This document shows, one piece after another, positions 45,952-58,952 of a stretch of 64,000 nucleotides of DNA (position 1 is its first letter; every line of letters starts with the position of its first letter). The stretch comes from a bacterium (lineage in GTDB: Bacteria; Actinomycetota; Coriobacteriia; Coriobacteriales; CADBOM01). The DNA is taken from positions 355 through 64,354 of the forward strand of contig JAILQZ010000079.1 in NCBI GenBank assembly GCA_024698685.1, written 5' to 3'. The notes beneath the pieces were generated by a model. It was given only the letters and a program-made list of their open reading frames with translations, searched no databases and had not been told where the DNA came from. Position numbers and translations under genes: made by a program.

Positions 45952-46473
45952 TTATGCAGCCGATTTCTGGTCGGCGATTGCCTGCGCAACGACTGCCAGA
46001 CCACGAGATACGCCGGAAATGGAAACTGCGAGCCCACGGGCAACGCCAGCGATAGCGCTGGCAATCTGGCCGATAAGCTGCTCGCGAGAGGGAAGATCGG
46101 CGACTGCTTTGACCTGCTCGGGTGTAAGCACCTCCCCTTCCATCAGACCGCCCTTGATGACGAGGTTCTTGTTCTTGCTTCCGAAAGCCTTGATGGCCTT
46201 GGCGGAGAGAACCGGGTCCTCACCCGCGAAGACGAAGGCGGACGGACCGTGCAGATACTCGTCCATCGAGGGAAGACCTAGCTCAGCGAGAGCCCTCTTG
46301 GTTAGCGTGTTCTTGAGAACCTTGATGGTTCCGTCCGCCTCCTTGATGCTCCTCCTGAGTTCCTCGGACTGCTTTACGGTAAGGCCGCGATAATCCACGA
46401 TCCAAACTGCACTGCAGGCCTTGAGATCCTCGACGATGCTCCTGATGGTCTCCTCTTTCTGCAAAGTTGGCAT
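45952..46473 (-). CDS. rplJ: 50S ribosomal protein L10
   Basis: MPTLQKEETIRSIVEDLKACSAVWIVDYRGLTVKQSEELRR. Confidence 0.95.
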   Translation of the reverse strand: MPTLQKEETIRSIVEDLKACSAVWIVDYRGLTVKQSEELRRSIKEADGTIKVLKNTLTKRALAELGLPSMDEYLHGPSAFVFAGEDPVLSAKAIKAFGSKNKNLVIKGGLMEGEVLTPEQVKAVADLPSREQLIGQIASAIAGVARGLAVSISGVSRGLAVVAQAIADQKSAA

Positions 46474-46794
46474 ATGTCGGTGCACCTCCTTTCAACTTGC
46501 TCTCAAACGCTTCGGCGCCTTCGCGCCCCTTCGAGAGAAGTCGCTTCCCAAATGGAAACGGCCCCCACTGTCCAGCGGAGGCCGTCAATCGCGTGATTGG
46601 AACCGCAATCGCTTGCGATTCTTTTACGACCACCTCGGCAGGCTTCGACCTATGGTCTCAATTGAGTCCCTTGCGGGACGCCGGCTGTCTTGGGCAGCTT
46701 TTTGTCTTTTTCGCACCAATCGGTGCAAAGCAGATATTACACCTGCTCAGCCACTGCAGCCATCGAAATGGCTGCAAAAGGCCTAAAAGCGAGA
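46474..46794 (-). promoter_or_regulatory. long structured rplJ leader (possible L10-leader type autoregulatory RNA)
   Basis: 320-nt untranslated gap between rplA and rplJ with several perfect small hairpins, for example GCAGCCAT-TTCG-ATGGCTGC and GCACC-GATT-GGTGC on the minus strand. The family assignment rests on context only. Confidence 0.3.
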
Positions 46795-47502
46795 TTATTC
46801 GTTCATCATATTGCGCGTGATGAGCGGATCGACATGGACGCCAGGGCCCATCGTCGAGGTGAGGGTGATGGACTTGATGTACTTGCCCTTGGCCGCAGAA
46901 GGCCTGACCCTCGTGATTTCATCGAGAAGCGCGGAGTAGTTCTCGATGATCTTCTCGTCGTCGAACGAGAGCTTTCCGATCGGAACGTGGATGTTTCCGA
47001 ACCTGTCGGCACGATACTCCACGCGTCCAGCCTTGAGCTCGCCGATGATGCGGGTGACATCCATGGTGACGGTGCCGAGCTTGGGGTTCGGCATGAGACC
47101 GCGGGGGCCGAGGATCTTGCCGAGGCGACCGACCTTGGACATCATGTCAGGGGTTGCAACGGCGGCATCGAAGTTGATGATGCCCTTCTGGATGTCTGCA
47201 ACGAGCTCGTCGCTGCCGACAATGTCGGCGCCGGCTTCCTGAGCCTCGCGGGCCTTGTCGCCCTCGGCGAAGACCGCAACGCGGACTTCCCTACCCGTTC
47301 CGTTGGGAAGGGAGATGGATCCCCTGAGCTGCTGGTCTGCCTGACGGGTATCGATACCCAGGCGGAAATGGCACTCGATGGTCTCGTCGAACTTTGCGTA
47401 CCTGAGCTCCTTGACGAGGCGAACCGCCTTGAGGGGCGTGTAGAACTCATGCTTGTCGTACTTGGCTGCTACAGCCCTGTACTGCTTTCCATGCTTTGGC
47501 AT
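46795..47502 (-). CDS. rplA: 50S ribosomal protein L1
   Basis: [33 protein letters not shown]. The track ORF has 15 extra codons. Confidence 0.96.
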   Translation of the reverse strand: MPKHGKQYRAVAAKYDKHEFYTPLKAVRLVKELRYAKFDETIECHFRLGIDTRQADQQLRGSISLPNGTGREVRVAVFAEGDKAREAQEAGADIVGSDELVADIQKGIINFDAAVATPDMMSKVGRLGKILGPRGLMPNPKLGTVTMDVTRIIGELKAGRVEYRADRFGNIHVPIGKLSFDDEKIIENYSALLDEITRVRPSAAKGKYIKSITLTSTMGPGVHVDPLITRNMMNE

Positions 47503-47576
47503 TTCTGACTCCTTCGTGGTCGATGACGGGCATGCCTGCCCTTCCACTGCTTAAGGCCCTGTAGGACCTGATTGCC

Positions 47577-48047
47577 TTACTTCCTGCCCTTCTTGCGGGT
47601 GTAGACACCGGTGTCGGGCCTTCCCTCGATCTGGACGCCCATCGAACGAGCGGTTCCGGCGACGATCTTCATCGCTGCCTCGATGTCGTTCGCGTTGAGG
47701 TCGGGCATCTTGATCTCGGCGATCTTGCGGAGCTGCTCCTCGGTGAGCATTCCGACCTTGTTGATATGCGGCTCGCCAGAGGCGGACTCGAGGCCGAGCT
47801 CCTGCTTGATGAGGAATGCGGCCGGCGGGGTCTTGCAGACGAACGAGAAGGTCTTGTCCTCATAGACGGTGATCTCGACAGGAACGATGGTTCCCTGCTT
47901 GTCGGCAGTCTGGGCATTGAATGCCTGGCAGAACTGCATGATGTTGACGCCCTTGGCGCCGAGTGCCGGACCTACCGGAGGGGCCGGGGTGGCGTTTCCG
48001 CCGGGAATCTGCAGCTTGATGAACCCGGCAACGTTCTTTTCTGCCAT
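47577..48047 (-). CDS. rplK: 50S ribosomal protein L11
   Basis: [30 protein letters not shown]. Confidence 0.96.
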   Translation of the reverse strand: MAEKNVAGFIKLQIPGGNATPAPPVGPALGAKGVNIMQFCQAFNAQTADKQGTIVPVEITVYEDKTFSFVCKTPPAAFLIKQELGLESASGEPHINKVGMLTEEQLRKIAEIKMPDLNANDIEAAMKIVAGTARSMGVQIEGRPDTGVYTRKKGRK

Positions 48048-48182
48048 AGTTTGCACTTCCTTTTTTCATCATCGATGGGAGCCCTTGCCCCCATCAGCAT
48101 CATTCATATATAAGACAGATCGCAGGGCTTGGATGGCGCGAGAAGCTCCCGATTCCACAACGGGCACGCCACCAGCGCGCGA

Positions 48183-48713
48183 TCAGATCTTCGCAATCTG
48201 GTCGAAGCTCAGCTCCACAGGAGTCTCGCGTCCGAAGATGGAAACCATGACCTTGACCTTGCCAGCCTTGGGCAGCACCTCGGAGATGACGCCATCGAAC
48301 TCGGACAGGGGGCCCTTGATGACGGTAATCGTCTGGCCGACCTCGTAGTCGACGTTGGTCTTCTTCGGATGACTGGAACTGGTGCGCCTCATGATCGAGT
48401 CGAACTCCTCGCGAGTGAGCGGGGTCGGCTTGCCCTGTGAGCCAACGAAGCCGGTGACGCCGGGGGTATTCCTAACGACGCTCCAGTTGCGATCGTCCAT
48501 CTCCATGCGCACGAGAACGTATCCAGGGAAGACTTTCTTCTCGGAGGTGACCCGCTTGCCGCCCTCCTTGAGCTCGATGACCTCCTCGGAGGGGATGCGG
48601 ATGTCGCTGATCGCGCTCTCGAGGCCCATGGACTCGACCCTGCGGGTGAGGTTGTTCTTGACCTTGTTCTCATAGCCCGAATAGGTATGGAGAACGTACC
48701 ATCTCTTGCCCAT
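48183..48713 (-). CDS. nusG: transcription termination/antitermination factor NusG
   Basis: KRWYVLHTYSGYENKVKNNL and a C-terminal KOW (GQTITVIKGPLSEFDGVISEV). Confidence 0.96.
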   Translation of the reverse strand: MGKRWYVLHTYSGYENKVKNNLTRRVESMGLESAISDIRIPSEEVIELKEGGKRVTSEKKVFPGYVLVRMEMDDRNWSVVRNTPGVTGFVGSQGKPTPLTREEFDSIMRRTSSSHPKKTNVDYEVGQTITVIKGPLSEFDGVISEVLPKAGKVKVMVSIFGRETPVELSFDQIAKI

Positions 48714-48716
48714 TGC

Positions 48717-49244
48717 CTAAGCTCCTAAGCCCGAAAGCCAGTAGAAAAGCGGATTTGCAATGGAGTCGACGATGAAGATCAGCACGCCGAAGAACACCAG
48801 CGCGCAAACGACGACGACGCTCATCTTGAGAACCTCGTTGCGGGTAGGCCAAGTGGTCCTCTTCATTTCCTGCTTGACGCCGGAGAAGAAATCGACGATC
48901 GACCAGAACCAGCGGGGCTTGCGCTCCTTGCCGGCCTTGGCCTTCTTCTTCTCAGCCTTTGCGGTGGCCTTCCTTGCGCGCTCTACGCGCTTCTGGAATT
49001 CCTTCTCCTCCTTCTCTGTTCTCATGGGAACGTCGAAGTCGGACTTTGCGGGCTTGGGCTGGGGCTTTGCCTGAGCCTGTACGGCCTTTGCAGGCTCTTC
49101 GACAGATGCGGAAACGGTAACGGAAGAGGGCTCGTCGACCTCACCGGCTACGACGATCTCTTCCTGCTCGACTACCTTTTGCTTGACTTGCCTCTGGGCG
49201 CTAAGGTTCTGCTTCTTCCTCTGGGCACGTGTCTTCTTTGCCAT
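48717..49244 (-). CDS. secE: preprotein translocase subunit SecE with long Lys/Glu/Ala-rich N-terminal extension
   Basis: C-terminal VKQEMKRTTWPTRNEVLKMSVVVVCALVFFGVLIFIVD is the SecE core. It lies immediately upstream of nusG. Confidence 0.9.
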   Translation of the reverse strand: MAKKTRAQRKKQNLSAQRQVKQKVVEQEEIVVAGEVDEPSSVTVSASVEEPAKAVQAQAKPQPKPAKSDFDVPMRTEKEEKEFQKRVERARKATAKAEKKKAKAGKERKPRWFWSIVDFFSGVKQEMKRTTWPTRNEVLKMSVVVVCALVFFGVLIFIVDSIANPLFYWLSGLGA

Positions 49245-49297
49245 TGTTCGTTAATCCATTCAAAAAACATGCTGCAAATCGTTTTGCAAGCTTCAGA

Positions 49298-49374
49298 TGG
49301 CAGGCCAGGAGGGACTCGAACCCCCAACGAACGGTTTTGGAGACCGCCGCTCTACCAATTGGAGCTACTGGCCT
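49298..49374 (-). tRNA. trnW: tRNA-Trp (anticodon CCA)
   Basis: The reverse complement folds as a cloverleaf: acceptor AGGCCAG/CTGGCCT, anticodon loop CTCCAAA, T-arm GGTTCGAGTCC, encoded CCA end. Confidence 0.92.
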
Positions 49375-49383
49375 GTATCTGAA

Positions 49384-49533
49384 CTACCTCGTCTCCCTGT
49401 GGAGAGTGTGACGCTGACACCACTTGCAGTACTTCTTGAACTCAAGACGCTCAGGATTATTCTGCTTATTCTTCTTGGTCGTGTAATTGCGACGCTTGCA
49501 CTCGGTGCATGCGAGAGTGACCAAAGTACGCAT
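49384..49533 (-). CDS. rpmG: 50S ribosomal protein L33 (Cys4 form)
   Basis: Hand translation gives [49 protein letters not shown] (49 aa, below the track cutoff). AGGAGGA RBS 6 nt upstream. Confidence 0.93.
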   Translation of the reverse strand: MRTLVTLACTECKRRNYTTKKNKQNNPERLEFKKYCKWCQRHTLHRETR

Positions 49534-49579
49534 TTATCCTCCTTGCGATAACTCAAAATTGCTTAACGCACGAAAACAG

Positions 49580-49609
49580 ATGTTATCATCGCGAACTTTG
49601 CCGCGTCAA
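49580..49609 (-). promoter_or_regulatory. candidate promoter of rpmG-tRNA-Trp-secE-nusG
   Basis: Minus strand TTGACG-N18-TAACAT with a TGn extended -10 (aTGaTAACAT). This is the same extended -10 flavour as the rpsL candidate. Confidence 0.4.
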
Positions 49610-49687
49610 CAAGACATCCTACGCACGTGATGCTTTTTAGATTTTCGGTAGTTTAGCAGTGGTTTTCGGCACTAAACCCCCGATAAG

Positions 49688-49719
49688 AAGGGAACCCGGC
49701 AAGCAAACCGGGTTCCCTT
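49688..49719 (-). terminator. stem-loop downstream of tuf
   Basis: Perfect 12-bp inverted repeat AAGGGAACCCGG / CCGGGTTCCCTT with an 8-nt loop, 30 nt after the tuf stop. It is followed on the minus strand by CUUCUUAUC, a modest U content. Confidence 0.55.
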
Positions 49720-49748
49720 TCGATTCAATGCAATCGATGCGGGATCGA

Positions 49749-50945
49749 CTACTTGAGGATCTTGACGACACGGCCGGAGCCAACGGTGCGTCCACCCTCG
49801 CGGATAGCGAAGCGGAGTCCCTCTTCCATCGCGATCGGGACGATGAGCTCGCCGGTGATCTCGACGTTGTCGCCAGGCATGACCATCTGAACGCCCTCGG
49901 GCAGATGGACGACGCCGGTGACGTCGGTGGTGCGGAAGTAGAACTGCGGACGATAGCCATCGACGAACGGGGTGTGACGGCCGCCCTCTTCCTTCGTAAG
50001 GACGTAGACCTGGCCGGTGAACTCGGTGTGCGGGGTAACCGAACCGGGCTTGCAGAGGACCTGTCCACGGACGATCTCATCGCGCTTGGTTCCACGGAGG
50101 AGGCAGCCGATGTTGTCGCCAGCCTGGGCCTCATCGAGGATCTTGCGGAACATCTCGACGCCGGTGCAGACGGTCTGAGCGGTCTCGCGGATGCCGACGA
50201 TCTCTACGGGGTCGTTCATGTGGATGATGCCGCGCTCGACACGACCGGTTGCGACGGTGCCGCGGCCGGTGATCGTGAAGACGTCCTCGACAGCCATCAG
50301 GAACGGCTTGTCAACGTCACGGTCGGGCTCGGGGATGAAGCTATCGACGGTGTCGAGGAGCTCCCAGATGGCCTCCTGGGCCTCTTTGTCGCCCTCGAGG
50401 GCCTTCAGTGCGGAACCCTTGACGATCGGGCAGTTCTCGAAGCCATAGGACTCGAGAAGCTCGGAGACCTCCATCTCGACGAGCTCGATGAGCTCCTCAT
50501 CCTCGACCATATCGCACTTGTTGAGGAAGACGACGATGTAGGGAACGCCAACCTGACGGGCGAGCAGGATGTGCTCGCGGGTCTGAGCCATCGGGCCGTC
50601 GGTTGCTGCGATGACGAGGATTGCGCCGTCCATCTGCGCAGCACCCGTGATCATGTTCTTGACGTAGTCGGCATGGCCAGGGCAGTCAACGTGCGCATAG
50701 TGGCGGATATCGGTCTCATACTCGATGTGGGCGATGGAGATGGTGATTCCACGCTCCTTCTCCTCCGGAGCCTTATCGATCTCGTCGAATGCGGTGAAGT
50801 CGGCCTTTGCGGTGCCGTGGCTTCCGTCATTCTCGGAGAGGGTCTTCGAGATGGCTGCGGTAAGGGTGGTCTTGCCGTGGTCGACGTGACCGATCGTTCC
50901 GATGTTTACGTGCGGCTTAGTGCGCTCAAAATGCTCTTTTGCCAT
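49749..50945 (-). CDS. tuf: elongation factor Tu
   Basis: [28 protein letters not shown]...; 398 aa. The 472-aa track ORF is an artefactual extension through the tRNA genes. Confidence 0.98.
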   Translation of the reverse strand: MAKEHFERTKPHVNIGTIGHVDHGKTTLTAAISKTLSENDGSHGTAKADFTAFDEIDKAPEEKERGITISIAHIEYETDIRHYAHVDCPGHADYVKNMITGAAQMDGAILVIAATDGPMAQTREHILLARQVGVPYIVVFLNKCDMVEDEELIELVEMEVSELLESYGFENCPIVKGSALKALEGDKEAQEAIWELLDTVDSFIPEPDRDVDKPFLMAVEDVFTITGRGTVATGRVERGIIHMNDPVEIVGIRETAQTVCTGVEMFRKILDEAQAGDNIGCLLRGTKRDEIVRGQVLCKPGSVTPHTEFTGQVYVLTKEEGGRHTPFVDGYRPQFYFRTTDVTGVVHLPEGVQMVMPGDNVEITGELIVPIAMEEGLRFAIREGGRTVGSGRVVKILK

Positions 50946-51078
50946 TACTGTCCTCCTCTTTCGCTGCTTTCTTTCGCATCTACTAACAAATAAATTACTA
51001 AGCTTTCGATGACGATCTGAAAGCAGACCGGCATCTTTATGTATGCAAGCCCGGGTTTTGCCCCGGGCTAAGGCAACC

Positions 51079-51155
51079 TGGTAGCGGTGACTGGACTCGA
51101 ACCAGTGGCAACACGGGTATGAACCGTGCGCTCTAGCCAACTGAGCTACACCGCC
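51079..51155 (-). tRNA. tRNA with CAT anticodon (elongator Met, or Ile2 if lysidine-modified)
   Basis: GGCGGTGTAGCTCAGTTGGCTAGAGC...TTCATAC...GGTTCGAGTCC...CACCGCTACCA. The paired 1-72 position argues against an initiator. Confidence 0.85.
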
Positions 51156-51198
51156 ATTTTGCGGCATCTTGCGATGCCAGCAAGCTCAATAGCTTGCG

Positions 51199-51274
51199 TG
51201 GAGCCCGCGACCGGACTTGAACCGGTGACCTCTTCGTTACCAACGAAGTGCTCTACCGACTGAGCTACACGGGC
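51199..51274 (-). tRNA. tRNA-Thr (anticodon GGT)
   Basis: GCCCGTGTAGCTCAGTCGGTAGAGCACTTCGTTGGTAACGAAG...GGTTCAAGTCC...CGCGGGCTCCA. Confidence 0.92.
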
Positions 51275-51277
51275 AAA

Positions 51278-51362
51278 TGGTGGGCGCGCTTGGATTCGAA
51301 CCAAGGTAGGCATAGCCAACGGGTTTACAGCCCGTCCCCTTTAGCCACTCGGGCACACGCCC
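51278..51362 (-). tRNA. tRNA-Tyr (anticodon GTA, long variable arm)
   Basis: GGGCGTGTGCCCGAGTGGCTAAAGGGGACGGGCTGTAAACCCGT + variable arm + GGTTCGAATCC...CGCGCCCACCA. Confidence 0.92.
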
Positions 51363-51422
51363 ATTTGCAATCGCAACGCAAGTTATCAAGTTGCATTCGA
51401 GCATGGCGCTCGAACCTTTGAC

Positions 51423-51451
51423 ATATTACCCATTGGACGAATTCGCGTCAA
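51423..51451 (-). promoter_or_regulatory. near-consensus promoter upstream of tRNA-Tyr/Thr/Met-tuf
   Basis: Minus strand TTGACG (51451-51446)-N17-TAATAT (51428-51423), about 55 nt upstream of tRNA-Tyr. Confidence 0.55.
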
Positions 51452-51682
51452 ACTTGCACACGCCATCGGGCGTATCCATACGCAAACGGACAAAAATGGC
51501 CGTTTATCGGGGGTTTTCATTTTAGACAATCAAAAAAGTCGTCACGGGATGAAAGCCGAACGGACGCATTTTCATCGGGGAATGGAGCTGCTTTCGGAAG
51601 CGTTCGCACGCTTTCGCACAAGCGGATCCCGTCAAAAGAACAGGCCAGAAGCCCTAAAACGGCCTCTGACCTGCGGTTTTAC

Positions 51683-51757
51683 TGGAGCTGGTGACAGGAG
51701 TCGAACCTGCAACCTGCTGATTACAAATCAGCTGCTCTGCCATTGAGCCACACCAGC
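51683..51757 (-). tRNA. tRNA-Thr (anticodon TGT)
   Basis: GCTGGTGTGGCTCAATGGCAGAGCAGCTGATTTGTAATCAGC...GGTTCGACTCC...CACCAGCTCCA. Confidence 0.92.
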
Positions 51758-51872
51758 ACGACGCGCTGCGCAGCTCCAGACGCTTGGAGCCGCCAAAGGC
51801 AAGTATATATCATGCATTTGGTTCGAAGTCGCGCAAATCTTCGCCGCTAAGGGCGAAAACGCCGATAAGCAG

Positions 51873-52442
51873 CTATTTCACGCGCTTGAGCATCGCGCGG
51901 AGCTGATCGCGGACATCGGGGTCTATGCGCGACTCGACGGTGAATTTGGAGTGGTTATCCCCGCTCTCGTCCAGGTCCTCGCCGATATCCTGCATCTCAC
52001 GGGAGAAGCCGAGCGCTGACATTCTGGTGACGCCGTCGCGGAAGACGGTGTTCTGAAGCTGGGCATCGGATGAGACGACCAGCACTTCCCTGCCCGCCTC
52101 GCGAGCCTTCACGACGAGCTTTTCGATGAGCTGATCGGCATCGGTGTTCGCCTCCGAGAAGATGATGCTGATGCCGGCGATCCGCTGTGGATACCCCTCG
52201 GAGAACTCGTTGCCGCCGCCGTCGAATGCTATGACCGCCTCGTAGCGGCCCTGTGCGAATGCGGCCACGTCGGCGATGAGGTTCTCGCGAGCGCGGTTGA
52301 CCGGACTGTCATCGAAGTCATCGACGCCTGCGATATCGTAGCGCCCGCTAGATCGCAGGATATTGTAGCCGTCCACGATGAGGAGCGGCTGGAGCCTTCT
52401 ATTCGTCGGAGCTCGCATCGAGATCCACCATCGAGGCTGCAA
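51873..52442 (-). CDS. yacP: NYN-domain ribonuclease YacP/Rae1 family
   Basis: LLIVDGYNILRS... NYN/PIN-like N-terminus. It follows rlmB as in Firmicutes. The start may be ATG 52418. Confidence 0.8.
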   Translation of the reverse strand: MQPRWWISMRAPTNRRLQPLLIVDGYNILRSSGRYDIAGVDDFDDSPVNRARENLIADVAAFAQGRYEAVIAFDGGGNEFSEGYPQRIAGISIIFSEANTDADQLIEKLVVKAREAGREVLVVSSDAQLQNTVFRDGVTRMSALGFSREMQDIGEDLDESGDNHSKFTVESRIDPDVRDQLRAMLKRVK

Positions 52443-53396
52443 CGGATTGCCGCAGCCACTCGTAGCCCATCGAAACCGCCGCGCAGGAAACGTTGAGCGA
52501 TCCGATCTCGCCTCGCTGCGGAAGCTTGACGAGCATGTCGCAGCTCTCGGTCACCACGCGCGAGAGCCCGTCGCCCTCGTTGCCCATGACGAGCGCAACC
52601 TTGCCGGCGAGCTCCGCATCCCAGCAGCTCTCGGTAGCCTTCTCGCTGCAACCCACAACCCAAAAGCCGTTGCGTTGCAGCCTCGCACACGCCTGCGCGA
52701 TGTTGGAGACCTGCGCCACGGGGACGCGCAGAAGCGCTCCAGCGGAAGATTTATAGGCTCCGGCGGTGATCTGGACGCTACGCCTGTTGGGTATGACCAC
52801 GCCTGCGGCGCCGAGAACCTCGGCACTGCGGATGATCGCTCCCAGATTGCCGACATCGGTGATGTGATCGAGAACGTAGACCAGGGCTGCGTCCTTGCCC
52901 GAACAGCTTCCGATGATCTCCTCGATGGTCGAGTAGTCGAAAGGCCTCGACATTGCGATGACGCCCTGGTGGTTGAGCCCTGGCGCCTTGGTCTCGATAA
53001 CCTTGCGGCTGACGTACTCGAGCTTGATTCCCTGCTTTTCGGCGCGGGCGGAGATCTGATCGAGGGCATCGCCTGCCTGCGAGCCCTGTGCGATCATGAC
53101 CTTCTTGAGAGGGACATCTGTCTCCATCGCCTCGAGGACTGCCCTGCGCCCCACGATGATGTCGGGGGTTGGCTTGGAGTCGCGGCGATCGTTTGTGCGC
53201 TTGTCGTCGCGCGAGGCGCTGCCCTGACGGAAACTCGCGCCCTGCTTGCCGCGATAGCCGCCCTGCTTATTGGAGTCTCCGCGCACTCCGCGACCGCCCT
53301 GATTGCCGTTCCTGCCGCGCGTTTGCCCTGCATTGCGCCCTCTGGCGCCTACAGGACCCTTGCTCTGGCGGTTTCCCTTGGCCCCGGCCATCTGCA

Positions 53397-53397
<1 letters not shown>
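52399..53397 (-). CDS. rlmB: 23S rRNA (guanosine-2'-O)-methyltransferase RlmB (SpoU/TrmH family) with Arg/Gly-rich N-terminal extension
   Basis: SpoU motifs LVYVLDHITDVGNLGAIIRSAEVLG and LVMGNEGDGLS. ATG overlaps the cysS stop (ATGA). Confidence 0.9.
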
Positions 53398-54881
<1,484 letters not shown>

Positions 54882-54936
54882 TTCCTCAGCTCTTTCCTTT
54901 CGATTTCGAACGGATCGTTGCCTTCTTCGTTGCAGG

Positions 54937-55410
54937 CTAGGCTTTCTCGAGGAGTGCGACCGCCTGGGCGCTGATTCCCTCGCCGCGGCCCTCGTAGCCC
55001 ATGCCCTCAGTGGTGGTTGCCTTGATTCCCACGCTCTCGATGCCGATGCCGAGCGCGTCGGCGATGTTGGCGCGCATCTGGTCGCGGTACTTCGAGAGCT
55101 TCGGCGCCTCAGCCGAGATCACGCTGTCGATATCGGCCACGCGATAGCCCTTGGCCGTTGCGAGCTCGCCGACTTGCCTGAGCAGCTCGATGGAGTTCGC
55201 GCCCTCGTACGTGGGGTCGTCCGGCGGGAAGAGCTTTCCGATGTCGCCTTCACGCAGAGCGCCGAGGATGGCATCGCTGATGGCATGCGCGAGCACGTCG
55301 GCATCGGAGTGCCCGTCGAGACCAAGATGGTAATCGATCTCGACTCCGCCGATGATCAGCTTGCGCCCTTCGGCCAACCTGTGCGCATCGAATCCCAAAC
55401 CGATTCTCAT
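54937..55410 (-). CDS. ispF: 2-C-methyl-D-erythritol 2,4-cyclodiphosphate synthase
   Basis: MRIGLGFDAHRL...GHSDADVLAHAISDAILGA. Confidence 0.96.
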   Translation of the reverse strand: MRIGLGFDAHRLAEGRKLIIGGVEIDYHLGLDGHSDADVLAHAISDAILGALREGDIGKLFPPDDPTYEGANSIELLRQVGELATAKGYRVADIDSVISAEAPKLSKYRDQMRANIADALGIGIESVGIKATTTEGMGYEGRGEGISAQAVALLEKA

Positions 55411-55412
55411 GG

Positions 55413-56267
55413 CTAGTCCTCGAAGCTCATCTTGATCTTTGAGGCCAGTGCGGCCTGGATCGGACCGAAGTCCTCGGGAACGGTAAGCTTGATGTTGTTG
55501 CGCGGCCCCTGGACGAGAATGAGCGAGCCGCCGATGCGCTCGACCAGAGACGCATCGTCGGTGCCGACGAAGCCCTCGGAAAGCGCCATCATGTGCGCCT
55601 CGCGGATGATCTCGCTGCGGAAGATCTGCGGGGTCTGCGCGATCCAGAACGCATTGCGGTCGGGCGTGCCGAGAACCTTGCCGTCGCTGACCACCTTGAG
55701 GGTGTCGAGCGCGGGATGTCCCACAACGACGCCGTCGGCATCGAGGTCGCCCTTGACCGCCGATATCGCGTGCGAGATCAGCTCGGGCGTTACCAGCGGG
55801 CGCGCACCGTCGTGAATCGCGATGATCTCATAGCTGTCGGGAACCTTGCAGATGCCGGAGAAGGAGGATTGCTGGCGCAGATCCGCAGCGCTGGCCAGCT
55901 CGATCGGCGTGACGAACGGATATGGATCGATTGCGACCTTGCAGTATTCCTCCATGCGTTCCTCGGGGCAGACGATGACGATCAGGCCAACGTCTGCAAC
56001 GGCATCGAACGCCTCGGCCGACCAAGTGAGCACGGGCTTGCCGAAGATCTTCATGAGCTGCTTTCCGCCAGCCACTCCAAAGCGCGTGCCCGAGCCGCCA
56101 GCCAGTATGACCGCAGCCGTCTTGGGATCTTTGGAGACCTTTCCCTGCAACGATGCAGGCGATGCGTTGACGTTCGCATCGAAGTCTCCGAAGAACGTGA
56201 ATTGGGGCTCCTGAAGCACCGCTGGGCCCGTAACAGGATCGGCAACCTGCCTCACGTTTTCTTCCAT
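55413..56267 (-). CDS. ispD: 2-C-methyl-D-erythritol 4-phosphate cytidylyltransferase
   Basis: AAVILAGGSGTRFG core. ATG 56267 is preceded by AAGGAG, giving an N-terminal extension of about 45 aa. The longer track ORF overlaps clpC. Confidence 0.88.
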   Translation of the reverse strand: MEENVRQVADPVTGPAVLQEPQFTFFGDFDANVNASPASLQGKVSKDPKTAAVILAGGSGTRFGVAGGKQLMKIFGKPVLTWSAEAFDAVADVGLIVIVCPEERMEEYCKVAIDPYPFVTPIELASAADLRQQSSFSGICKVPDSYEIIAIHDGARPLVTPELISHAISAVKGDLDADGVVVGHPALDTLKVVSDGKVLGTPDRNAFWIAQTPQIFRSEIIREAHMMALSEGFVGTDDASLVERIGGSLILVQGPRNNIKLTVPEDFGPIQAALASKIKMSFED

Positions 56268-56334
56268 CCCGAAGCTCCTTTCGCTTAGTGCCAGCACCGC
56301 GGCCGAGCAAGCCTTTGGTGCCTTAGTGCAATGC

Positions 56335-56374
56335 GAAGGGCATGCATCCAAACCTTTTCGCGCATGCCCTTCGG
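56335..56374 (-). terminator. stem-loop 6 nt downstream of clpC (possible U-tract-less terminator)
   Basis: Perfect 12-bp inverted repeat CGAAGGGCATGC / GCATGCCCTTCG with a 16-nt loop. No U-run follows. Confidence 0.4.
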
Positions 56375-56380
56375 TAGTGC

Positions 56381-58939
<2,559 letters not shown>

Positions 58940-58952
58940 ATCTCACCTCAAC

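Noticed and set aside
49749-51167. 472-aa version of EF-Tu extending upstream
   Set aside because: The extra 74 codons read through the CAU-anticodon tRNA gene (tRNA-Met/Ile2) and the spacer between it and tuf. Canonical EF-Tu starts at [16 protein letters not shown] with an upstream GAGGAGGA RBS.
54882-54936. T-box leaders upstream of cysS (54882-54936) and lysS (60480-60582)
   Set aside because: The intergenic regions are only about 55 and 100 nt, too short for a T-box of about 200 nt or more. No specifier or T-box sequence (AGGGUGGNACCGCG-like) was visible.
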